53,931 bases of DNA from Myxococcota bacterium (lineage in GTDB: Bacteria > Myxococcota > Myxococcia > Myxococcales > Myxococcaceae), in contig JBMORE010000182.1 in the NCBI GenBank assembly GCA_049322255.1, positions 1 to 53,931 of the forward strand, read 5' to 3'. The notes under the pieces were generated by a model. That model saw only the letters and a list, made by a program, of their open reading frames with translations. It was not told where the DNA came from and did no database searches. Both the position numbers and the translations under genes were made by a program. Shown in pieces: positions 46,206 through 53,931 of the stretch. Each line of letters opens with the position of its first letter. The stretch's first letter is position 1.

Positions 46206-47844
46206 GAGTGGCGTCGACGGCGCACGTGCCCGTCAAGACCGCCCACAGCACCGAAGCGTCGATGGGCTTGGGAAAAAACGCCTCGGCCCCTGCTGCGAGT
46301 GCCCGAGCGCGCACGTGCGGACGATCGAGACCGCTGGTGACGAGCACTCGCACCCCGCACGTGAGCGGGTGATGCTTGAGCCCCTCGCACAGACGCAACC
46401 CATCGACCCAGGAAAGGACCACGTCGATAACCACTGCCGCTGGAGGCCGGCGCGCGACCGCCGCGAAGAGCGCCAGCTCATCGGAGAAAGAGACGACCTC
46501 GGCCCCTCGCTCCTCGAGGTAGCGCGACAGCGCCTGGCATACCTCGGCATCGTCGTCGACCACGTAGACGAGGTTGGGCTCGGCTGGCACCGGGCTTACG
46601 TTCAGAGGAGCCGGGGTGAGAAGGGCCGAGCGCACCGACTCCCACAGACCCGCCGACCGGGCACAAGCCAACACGCGTCGCGGGGAGGGCGACAGAAGGC
46701 CCAATACCCCTGACCCACTCGGCGAGTGCGCTTCGCTCTTTTGTGCGCGCGCGAAGACCTTGGGAGCGCGTGCCCTCGCTCTGCGCAGCCACTTCAGCGC
46801 CCGCGCCCCGGTGGTCGCTGCATCGATCAACTCGGCCACTCCCTCGCGCGCGTAGCGGCGGGCCAGCTGCCTCGGGTCGACGCCCCCCTCGACGAGGGCC
46901 GCTGCGGCGCGGGTGCAAGTGGCAAGCGTCTGTGAGACACCGAGCGCGAGCGGGTGGCCCATCGCCGCCGGCCCCACCGCCAGCCGGCCCAAGGCAGTCA
47001 GCTGGCGGCTTGCGCCGAAGGCGAGCCGCGACATGCGAACGGCGGCGACGCTGAAGCTGGTAGGGAGGAATCCATCGCGGGCGGCCACCATCAGCGCGTA
47101 GCCCAGCGCGGCCTGGTCCACCCCCGGCCCGAAGGCCACCGCATGCACCGCTCCGCCACAGGGCAGAAGGTAGAGCCCGTCGACACCTGCGGCAGGGAAG
47201 AGCAAGAGGGTGGCGACCTCGCGCCGCGCCGTGCGTAGCCGAGGCGGCCCGTCGGAGACGATCCGCGCATGGGCAGCGCGAAGGGTGGGAGGACCAGCGA
47301 AAGAGGGGAAGAAGCGAGGGCCCAAGAGTGCGCCATGCCCCGTCGCCAGCACCACCGCGTGAAAGCGTCCCGGTCGCCGAGAGCTCACCACCAACGTGGG
47401 CTCCGCCGGCGCGGTGGACGGCACGTGATCGACACGGTCGATTCGCCCCGACACGAAGCGCGCGCCGTGCAGAGACGCCGTGGCGCAGAGCGCGCGACGA
47501 AGGAGCTCCCGTGGCGCTCTTTGTCCGTGGTGGTCGAGCACCCACAGCCCTCCGGGAGGCGCTTCGAGGCGAGCCCGCTCTCGGCCATAGGCGACTTCCA
47601 CCGCCTCGAGCGCGCCGCTGCACCATTGCGGCGGCACGCGGCAGCCGAGCGCCGACAGCCGTGAGCGGCACTCAGGGGTGAGCACCACAGGCGCCGCGGG
47701 CGCAGCGTCGCCCTCGAACAGGGTGAGGTCCAGCGAGCGCCCGCGGGCACGCGCGGCGTTGAAGAGCGCCACCGCCATCGCTGCTCCGGTGAGCCCACTC
47801 CCCCCTATGGCCACAGAAGCCCCGGCGCGCAGCCCACCCATCAC
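46132..47844 (-). CDS. Flavoprotein-like (FAD Rossmann) domain fused to a C-terminal receiver domain
   Basis: VAIGGSGLTG...LFE, VVLATG; C-terminal VVDDD, VIDVVLSWVDG, VTSG, FPKP. Confidence 0.75.
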   Translation of the reverse strand: MMGGLRAGASVAIGGSGLTGAAMAVALFNAARARGRSLDLTLFEGDAAPAAPVVLTPECRSRLSALGCRVPPQWCSGALEAVEVAYGRERARLEAPPGGLWVLDHHGQRAPRELLRRALCATASLHGARFVSGRIDRVDHVPSTAPAEPTLVVSSRRPGRFHAVVLATGHGALLGPRFFPSFAGPPTLRAAHARIVSDGPPRLRTARREVATLLLFPAAGVDGLYLLPCGGAVHAVAFGPGVDQAALGYALMVAARDGFLPTSFSVAAVRMSRLAFGASRQLTALGRLAVGPAAMGHPLALGVSQTLATCTRAAAALVEGGVDPRQLARRYAREGVAELIDAATTGARALKWLRRARARAPKVFARAQKSEAHSPSGSGVLGLLSPSPRRVLACARSAGLWESVRSALLTPAPLNVSPVPAEPNLVYVVDDDAEVCQALSRYLEERGAEVVSFSDELALFAAVARRPPAAVVIDVVLSWVDGLRLCEGLKHHPLTCGVRVLVTSGLDRPHVRARALAAGAEAFFPKPIDASVLWAVLTGTCAVDATLKVNRGPTRGALRGFPPAGHPSPS

Positions 47845-48914
47845 GCGTGGCGCGGCGGCTCTGCCGCTTCCTCTTCGAGCACCACCACCCGGCCACGTCC
47901 GCGGCGCTTGGCTTGATTGAGCGCCGTGTCCGAGGCCTCGAGCAGCTCGCTCGCGCTGGCCCGAGACGCTTCGCGGCTGTGCCCGGCGATGCCCACGCTG
48001 ACGCTGATGGGCAAAAGCTCGCCACCCGGCAGCTCGATCGGCTGCAGCGTGCGGCGCAGACGGTCGGCGAACACTCCTGCCTCGAGCGGTTGCTGGTGAG
48101 GGAGAATGACCACGAACTCGTCGCCTCCGAAGCGGGCGGCGAAGTCCGACTCACGCAGGTTGGCGCCCAGGTGCTTCGCCAGCGCCAAGATGGCACGGTT
48201 ACCCGCCTCATGGCCGAAGCGGTCGTTGATGTCTTTGAGGTGATCGAGATCGATCGTCACCACCGAGACAGGATGGCCGTAGCGCACCGCCCGATGAAAC
48301 TCCGCCTCTACCCGCTCGGCGAGCGCGCGGAAGTTCGCCAGCCCGGTGAGGGCGTCGGTCTGCGCCAGCGCCTGCAAGGCGCGCCGTTCGCGACCGTCGC
48401 GGACCGTGCGGTGAATGCGCGCCAGAAGCTCCCGTGCCCGAGCCGAGCGCGGAAGGTAGTCGGCCGCGCCCTGGTCAAGACAGGCAGCGGCGAGATCCTC
48501 ATTGGCCGTCGAGACGACGATCACCGGCACCTGCTCACGGCGGGCGTCGGAGAAGAGCCGCGACAGATCGGCCACGTCCTCGACCGAGGTCAGCGGTACG
48601 TCGAGGAGGAGCAACTCGGGGCCCTCCGCTCGCAGTCGCGCCCGGGCCTCCTCGGCGTCGCGCGCGTACCGCACCTCGAGGTCTGGCGCGAGCAGCTGGT
48701 CGAGCGGAACCTGCGTCGTTCCCACCTCCTCGAGCACCAGCACGTGGGCATGCTCCAGATTGCCCGCAAATGGCAGACCGGTGGTCTCGGAGGCCCCGCC
48801 CACGGAGATTTCCAAACCCTCGCGCCCCACGCGCTCCCCGTCGCCCGACCCCAAGGAAAATCTCCTCCGACGACTCACCGACCCAACCGCCGAGACCCCC
48901 GGCTGCCAACTCAT
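47841..48914 (-). CDS. Receiver-GGDEF diguanylate cyclase
   Basis: TDALTGLAN, DLDHLK, RESD I-site, RFGGDEF; atypical receiver; start uncertain. Confidence 0.88.
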   Translation of the reverse strand: MSWQPGVSAVGSVSRRRRFSLGSGDGERVGREGLEISVGGASETTGLPFAGNLEHAHVLVLEEVGTTQVPLDQLLAPDLEVRYARDAEEARARLRAEGPELLLLDVPLTSVEDVADLSRLFSDARREQVPVIVVSTANEDLAAACLDQGAADYLPRSARARELLARIHRTVRDGRERRALQALAQTDALTGLANFRALAERVEAEFHRAVRYGHPVSVVTIDLDHLKDINDRFGHEAGNRAILALAKHLGANLRESDFAARFGGDEFVVILPHQQPLEAGVFADRLRRTLQPIELPGGELLPISVSVGIAGHSREASRASASELLEASDTALNQAKRRGRGRVVVLEEEAAEPPRHA

Positions 48915-49054
48915 TTCCACGAGCGGTGTCCCGAGCAAGGGGTGTGCCTCTAGATGCCCGGCGGAAACGACGCGATGCTCGGCCTTTGAAGTGTTGTCTC
49001 GCCCTGCGGTGCAATACGCACAGGAGAAATTGCACAGCCGGCGGAAAAGCGACC

Positions 49055-49789
49055 CTAGCGACGCTGGAACCGCACCTGGCGTCCGCCTCCTTGGGTAGGC
49101 AGCGGGGGCGTCTCCAACCCGAAGCTCCACCACATCGGCTCGAACGGCTTCATCTTGAGCTTCTTGTCGTTCTGCAAGGCGGTGAGGCCGGCCTTGAGCC
49201 GATCGTCGCTGGGGTTGGCCTCCACGGCCCGGGCCATCACCTTCAGCGCCTTGTCCTTTTCCTTGAGCTGGGTCAGGCACCAGGCGTAGGCGGCCCACAC
49301 CAGGCCCTCCTTTTTGCCGCTCTTCACCGCCGCCTCGAACTTCTTTTCCATGTCGCCGTAGGACTTCCTCTGAAAGAAGAGCGCACCTTGGAGCGCCAGC
49401 GACATGTAGTCGCGCGCGTTGGCCTTGGCGAAATGTTCTTGGGCGCCGTCGAAGTCCTTGAGCATGTATTTGATTTGACCGATGGCGCCGTGCACCTGGG
49501 ACTCGACCAGGAACTGCCATTTGCCCAACGGCAGCGCCGACTCGAAGATCTTGATCGCCTTCTCTGCCTTCGCCTTCTGGTCCTTGGGGTTGGTCGCCTG
49601 GCCGAGCAGCGCATGGGCTTCTTCGGAGAGGGCCTGCATACGCTTGAACACGCGCCGGGCGAGCACGATGTAGGTCGCCAAGAAGGTGATGGTGCCGGGA
49701 ATGATACCGGCCAAAAGCGAGAAGCCGGCGAGACGCACTCCCAAGGCGAGGGCGAGACCGGCGGCGAAGGCGATGAGCAGGTTGTACAT
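49055..49789 (-). CDS. Membrane-anchored TPR-like protein
   Basis: AAGGAG RBS, two N-terminal TM segments, Ala/Lys-rich TPR-like helices. Confidence 0.8.
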   Translation of the reverse strand: MYNLLIAFAAGLALALGVRLAGFSLLAGIIPGTITFLATYIVLARRVFKRMQALSEEAHALLGQATNPKDQKAKAEKAIKIFESALPLGKWQFLVESQVHGAIGQIKYMLKDFDGAQEHFAKANARDYMSLALQGALFFQRKSYGDMEKKFEAAVKSGKKEGLVWAAYAWCLTQLKEKDKALKVMARAVEANPSDDRLKAGLTALQNDKKLKMKPFEPMWWSFGLETPPLPTQGGGRQVRFQRR

Positions 49790-49885
49790 AGGCGCGACTC
49801 CTTTAGTCCTCGCGCCGCCGCTCGGCAATCTGAAGGATGCTGCACCCGGGCTCGAAAAGCGGCTATAAGAGCCGGCCCACGAAGC

Positions 49886-49969
49886 GGCCCTCTGGCGGAA
49901 TTGGTAGACGCGACGGACTCAAAATCCGTTGCCTTCACGGGCGTCCCGGTTCGAGTCCGGGGAGGGCCA
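49886..49969 (+). tRNA. tRNA-Leu(CAA)
   Basis: Acceptor GGCCCTC/GAGGGCC, D-loop AATTGGTAGA, anticodon arm ACGGA-CTCAAAA-TCCGT, long variable arm, TTCGAGT; CCA not encoded. Confidence 0.96.
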
Positions 49970-50008
49970 TCAGGCATTCGAACCCGCGGCGAAATGCGCG
50001 GAGGCGCA

Positions 50009-50371
50009 TTGAACATCTTGATCGTCGAGGACGACGCGGGGGTGCGCGAGGGGATTGCGGAGATCCTCTCGGCGCATGCGAGCGTGCGCGTCGCGGGGAC
50101 GCTGGCGGAGGCCGACGCCGCGCTACGGCAAGAGCATTTCGACGTGGTGCTGACTGACTTGCGCATCGGCCACAGCGCGAGGGGAGGGCTCATCGTTTTG
50201 GGCGCCGCGCGAAAGCTGGGCGCCAAGGTGGTGGTGATCGGCGCTTCGACGCGTGAGGAGATCGACCTCGCCGTCGGGCAGACCCAACCCGACGCGGTGC
50301 TCACCAAGCCGTTCCTCATCGAGGAAGTGGAAGCGCTGATCGCCGGCTTGCGGGTGCGTAACGCGGGGTGA
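50009..50371 (+). CDS. Single-domain response regulator
   Basis: GGAGG then TTG; ILIVEDD, VLTDLRI, LTKPF. Confidence 0.85.
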   Translation: MNILIVEDDAGVREGIAEILSAHASVRVAGTLAEADAALRQEHFDVVLTDLRIGHSARGGLIVLGAARKLGAKVVVIGASTREEIDLAVGQTQPDAVLTKPFLIEEVEALIAGLRVRNAG

Positions 50372-51672
50372 TTGGCCGACCTTCACGAAAGGGCGCCGAG
50401 GCGGTCATTCGGGCGCACCTGGCGGTGCTCAAGGGCGAGCCGATGCGCGCGGCCATCTCCGGGGTGCTGGCGGGGGCGCCGAAGCTGGGGGGCGGCGAGC
50501 GGCGCTTCGTGGCCTACGCTACCCGCGAGCTGTCGCGGCACATGCGGCTGCTCGAGCTCGTGGCCCGAACAGTGGGCCATCCCTTGGGCGCGCTTTCACT
50601 CGTGGAGGATCAAGCCGTGGCGCGCTACGTCCTGTGGCGGCGGGTGATGACGCACGAGCGCTGGACGCGCATTGGCCCCGAGGTTCGTCTGCCGGGGCCG
50701 GTGCGCCCGCGCGCCATTCCCGATGCCGTGCTCGCGGAGTTGGCCGAAAAGCCGCTTCCTCCGCTGCCGCTGGGGGACACCGCCCTTCTGCGCTCGGCGA
50801 CGGTGCATTCTTTCCCCAGTTGGCTCGCCGAGGCGCTGGCACGACGGACGCCAGAAGAGGAGCTGGACGAGCTCTTGTCCGCGCTCAACCGCGAGCCGGA
50901 GCTGATCGTCCGCGTGCGTCCTCCAGGGACGAGGGACGAGGTGATCGCCGCCCTGGGGAAAGAAGGCGTCGAGGCGGCGGCGCTGACGCTCGCCCCTGAT
51001 GCGGTCAGGCTGGGGCCAGGTCGTGCGGTGTTCGAGACGAAGGTGATGAGGGAGGGCCGGCTGCAGGTCATGGACTTGGGAAGCCAGCTCATCGTAGAGC
51101 TGTGCGCCCCCGCCGAAGGGGCGTCGGTTGCCGACGTCTGCGCCGGCGCAGGAGGGAAGACCCTCGCGCTCGCTGATCGGGTAGGGCCCAAAGGCAGCGT
51201 CGCCGCCGTCGACGTGTCGCGACGCCGGTTGGACGAGGCGCGCCGCCGTGTGCGGGAGTGGGGCCTTCGCCAGGTGAGCTTTCCGCGCGCGCTCGACTAC
51301 CACCGCGCCGACGTGGTGCTCATCGACGCTCCCTGCAGCGGCACCGGCACCCTGGCGCGCGAGCCCGATCAGAAGTGGCGGCTCACCTCGGCCAAGGTGA
51401 AAGAGCTCGCCGCGTTGCAAGGCAAGCTCATCGACACCGCGGCGGCGGGAATGCGTGGAGGGGCGGCACTGATTTACGCGACGTGCTCCCTCCTCGAGGA
51501 GGAGGACGAGGCGGTGGTCGAAGCGGCCTTGGCGCGTCACCGCTTCCTCGAGCTGGAAGACGCCTGCCGTTTCCTCCCTGAGGAAGCATGCCAGGGGCCG
51601 TACCTACGCCTGCAGCCACACCGGGTGCCCGGCGGCGGCTTCTTCGCCGCGCGGCTGCGCAAGCGTCATTGA
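50368..51672 (+). CDS. RsmB/NOP2-family RNA m5C methyltransferase
   Basis: DLGSQL, DVCAGAGGKT, DAPCSGTG, YATCS, GFFAA. Confidence 0.92.
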   Translation: MIGRPSRKGAEAVIRAHLAVLKGEPMRAAISGVLAGAPKLGGGERRFVAYATRELSRHMRLLELVARTVGHPLGALSLVEDQAVARYVLWRRVMTHERWTRIGPEVRLPGPVRPRAIPDAVLAELAEKPLPPLPLGDTALLRSATVHSFPSWLAEALARRTPEEELDELLSALNREPELIVRVRPPGTRDEVIAALGKEGVEAAALTLAPDAVRLGPGRAVFETKVMREGRLQVMDLGSQLIVELCAPAEGASVADVCAGAGGKTLALADRVGPKGSVAAVDVSRRRLDEARRRVREWGLRQVSFPRALDYHRADVVLIDAPCSGTGTLAREPDQKWRLTSAKVKELAALQGKLIDTAAAGMRGGAALIYATCSLLEEEDEAVVEAALARHRFLELEDACRFLPEEACQGPYLRLQPHRVPGGGFFAARLRKRH

Positions 51673-51728
51673 CAACGGGAGCGCTGGGCGGATACGAGGC
51701 GGGCTCTTTTGCCTCGAAGGAGCTTTTC

Positions 51729-52088
51729 CTGCCAGAGCCGAAGCAGAGCGAGGTGATTCACCAAATCCACGCCGCGTGGGAACAGGCGCAGCGGCAGCTG
51801 GCAGACCTGCGCGCGCAGGTCGAGCACACCACCGAGCTCGCGCAGCTCAAGGTGCAGGCGAACTTCCTCGAGCGCGACCTCGACCGGGCCTTGCGCGACT
51901 TCGGTCAGGCGGTGTGGGCGCAGGTACAAAAAGGAAAGTTGGTGCTGCCAGGCACGTTGACGGCGGCGCAGCGCGCCATGCAGGAGGCGCAGAAGAAGGT
52001 CGACAAGCAGAACGCCGACATCGCCGACCTCCTCAATGAAGGTCAGGAGGCCGCATCGCGGTTGAAAGGGAAGGCCAAGAGACGATAG
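51729..52088 (+). CDS. Coiled-coil hypothetical protein
   Basis: Gln/Ala/Glu heptad-rich frame with typical codon bias; start uncertain (CTG 51729 after AAGGAG, or GTG 51753). Confidence 0.7.
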   Translation: MPEPKQSEVIHQIHAAWEQAQRQLADLRAQVEHTTELAQLKVQANFLERDLDRALRDFGQAVWAQVQKGKLVLPGTLTAAQRAMQEAQKKVDKQNADIADLLNEGQEAASRLKGKAKRR

Positions 52089-52108
52089 AAGTCCGCGTCG
52101 AAACACCC

Positions 52109-52181
<73 letters not shown>

Positions 52182-52185
52182 CTTC

Positions 52186-52213
52186 AAAAGCCCGCCGCAC
52201 GGCGGGCTTTTTT
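52186..52213. terminator. Bidirectional intrinsic terminator
   Basis: AAAA-GCCCGCC-GCAC-GGCGGGC-TTTTTT between tRNA-Ala and convergent fbaB. Confidence 0.88.
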
Positions 52214-53133
52214 CATCCCTTGTAGACGTTCATCACGTCACGCAGCAGCTTGAGCGCCTCGTCCTTCGGGCGCTGGAAGGCGTTGCGGCCCATGATCGAG
52301 CCGAAGCCGCCGCCGTCGCGAATGCCCTTGATCTCCTCCATGATCGCCGACGCATCCTTCGCCTCGCCGCCGGAGAAGATGACGATGCGCTTGCCGTTGA
52401 AGGCGCTCTGCACCACGTGGCGTACCCGGTCGGCCAGGGTCTTCACCGGAATGTTGTACTTCTCGAAGACCTTCTTCGCCTCGGCCTGCTCGATGTGCTC
52501 CTTGGGAGGCTTGACCTTGACGACGTGCGCCCCCAGCTGGGCGGCTATCTGCGCGGCGTAGGCGACCACGTCGATGGCGGTTTCTCCCTCCTTCGACAGC
52601 CCGCCTCCGCGCGGGTAGGCCCACACCACGGTGGGAAGCCCGCTCGCCCGCGCCTCGAGGATCAACTCGCGCAAGGCCTCGTACTGGGTATTGCGCTCCC
52701 CCGAGCCGGGGTAGATGGTGTACCCAATCGCCACGCAGCCCAACCGCACCGCGTCCTTCACCGAGCCAGTCACCGCCGAGCAAGGCTCGGGGATCTTCGC
52801 CAGGCTGTCCGAGTTGTTCAGCTTGAGAATGAGCGGCACCTCGCCGGCGAACTTCGCCGCGCCCGCCTCGAGAAAGCCCAAGGGCGCCGCGTAGGCGTTG
52901 CACCCAGCATCGATCGCCAGCTGGAAGTGGTAGTCGGGATCGTAACCGGCCGGGTTGGGAGCAAAAGAACGCGCCGGGCCGTGCTCGAAGCCCTGATCCA
53001 CCGGGAGAATGACCATCTTCCCCGTTCCAGCGAGCGTGCCGTGGTTGAGCATGCGCGCCAGGTGGGTGGTGACGCCGGGGTTCTCCGACTGGTACCAGGA
53101 AAGAATCTGCTTCACACGGTCGCTGTAAGCCAT
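52213..53133 (-). CDS. fbaB: Class I fructose-bisphosphate aldolase (DhnA type)
   Basis: ILPVDQGFEHGPARSF, YTIYPGS, WAYPRG, Schiff-base VVKVK, FSGG, GRNAFQR. Confidence 0.94.
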   Translation of the reverse strand: MAYSDRVKQILSWYQSENPGVTTHLARMLNHGTLAGTGKMVILPVDQGFEHGPARSFAPNPAGYDPDYHFQLAIDAGCNAYAAPLGFLEAGAAKFAGEVPLILKLNNSDSLAKIPEPCSAVTGSVKDAVRLGCVAIGYTIYPGSGERNTQYEALRELILEARASGLPTVVWAYPRGGGLSKEGETAIDVVAYAAQIAAQLGAHVVKVKPPKEHIEQAEAKKVFEKYNIPVKTLADRVRHVVQSAFNGKRIVIFSGGEAKDASAIMEEIKGIRDGGGFGSIMGRNAFQRPKDEALKLLRDVMNVYKG

Positions 53134-53231
53134 GGGTCCCTCGAAGACGAAAGAAGTGACAACCGCGCGCGGTATAGCCGCTTCGCACCGCGGACCGCAA
53201 AGGCGAACTCGTTGATGTTTCGCGGATACAG

Positions 53232-53807
53232 CTATTGGGCGGCGGCACCCGTTGCCTGGTCGACGACCTTGAGTGGGTAGGTCCCCATCACCTGACCACC
53301 CACGCGGACCAAGAGCTGGAAGTTGCCCGGCGCGCGGGTCGGGGTTGGCTCCCACTCGACCAGATAGTCGACCTCGTCCTGCTTGCTGCCGCGGAAAATC
53401 ACCTCGCCGCTGGCGGTCATCAAAGTGTCCCCGCGCGGGTCGAGCACCACCAGGTCGATGGGCGCGTTGAGTCGCTCTTTCGATGTCACCCGCACCACGG
53501 TGTGAAAGCGTTCGGTCGAGGGAGGATTGCCGGAGCGGGCGATGATTTCCAGCTGCCCACCCACCGGCGTCGACCCGCCAGCGCCACGCATGAACTGCCG
53601 TGCGTGCATCACCTTGACCACCTGATAGGTCGCGTTGGAGATGGTGGTAGTCGGCTCGGTGGTGAGCTTCTTTTCCTTCGGCTTTTCCAGCTGGGCGTCG
53701 GTCGGCAGCGCACCGAAGGAGGGCAGGTCGAGGTCGACCCTCAGCTTCTTCTTGCTGGGCTCGGCGGACAAAAACAGCCCGGCCGCCAGGGCGAGGGCGA
53801 TCTTCAT
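53232..53807 (-). CDS. Exported hypothetical protein, Ig-like C-terminus
   Basis: Signal peptide MKIALALAAGLFLSA; beta-rich C-terminus. Confidence 0.75.
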   Translation of the reverse strand: MKIALALAAGLFLSAEPSKKKLRVDLDLPSFGALPTDAQLEKPKEKKLTTEPTTTISNATYQVVKVMHARQFMRGAGGSTPVGGQLEIIARSGNPPSTERFHTVVRVTSKERLNAPIDLVVLDPRGDTLMTASGEVIFRGSKQDEVDYLVEWEPTPTRAPGNFQLLVRVGGQVMGTYPLKVVDQATGAAAQ

Positions 53808-53828
53808 GCCCAAGACTCTACGCCTTCT

Positions 53829-53931
53829 CTACAGGGCGCGCTCGTACAGCCGGTACGTCTTGTACCTACGTGCCCCCATCGATTCGATGGCTCGGTTGAT
53901 GAGCTCGGCGTCCTCGGCGGTCCAGCCCAAC
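53829..53931 (-). CDS. 3' end of a probable GNAT-family N-acetyltransferase (partial)
   Basis: Translates LGWTAEDAELINRAIESMGARRYKTYRLYERAL*, a W..E...N..I..MG...YK.YR.YE tail typical of this family. Confidence 0.65.
   Translation of the reverse strand, partial: LGWTAEDAELINRAIESMGARRYKTYRLYERAL

Noticed and set aside
53865..53880. Suspected frameshift in the G-run of the terminal partial gene
   Set aside because: Recounting the run gives ATG GGG GCA; the frame is continuous to the stop at 53829

Overview
High-GC bacterial chromosome segment whose gene content points to a myxobacterium (Myxococcota). It is mostly densely packed core genome: three tRNAs (Pro-GGG partial, Leu-CAA, Ala-GGC), treS-maltokinase-glgB, a fur-tlpA-ftsB-dmxA-like operon, alr, psd, hisS, miaA, an RsmB-type methyltransferase and fbaB. 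Signalling genes are abundant: three GGDEF proteins, a PilZ protein, a GAF/PAS histidine kinase and several receivers. The best candidate for an undescribed system is a five-gene cassette between hisS and miaA (41456-45306). It encodes a stand-alone PqqD/RRE protein, a lipoprotein, a large exported Fn3/beta-propeller protein, a 44-aa RiPP-precursor-like peptide (leader motif YEPPAILWEEE, core with one Ser and two Cys) and a translationally coupled HprK-like kinase. No cyclase, radical SAM enzyme, peptidase or exporter lies beside it. Other notable items are a decayed MNT-HEPN toxin-antitoxin pair next to an AT-rich repeat, a HAMP-GGDEF gene coupled to an orphan PhnD-like binding protein, an operon with several pseudoenzymes, a flavoprotein-receiver fusion and a DosS-like putative heme GAF. 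All calls come from reading motifs by eye; no searches were run. Many starts were moved from the ORF track using RBS and stop/start overlaps.
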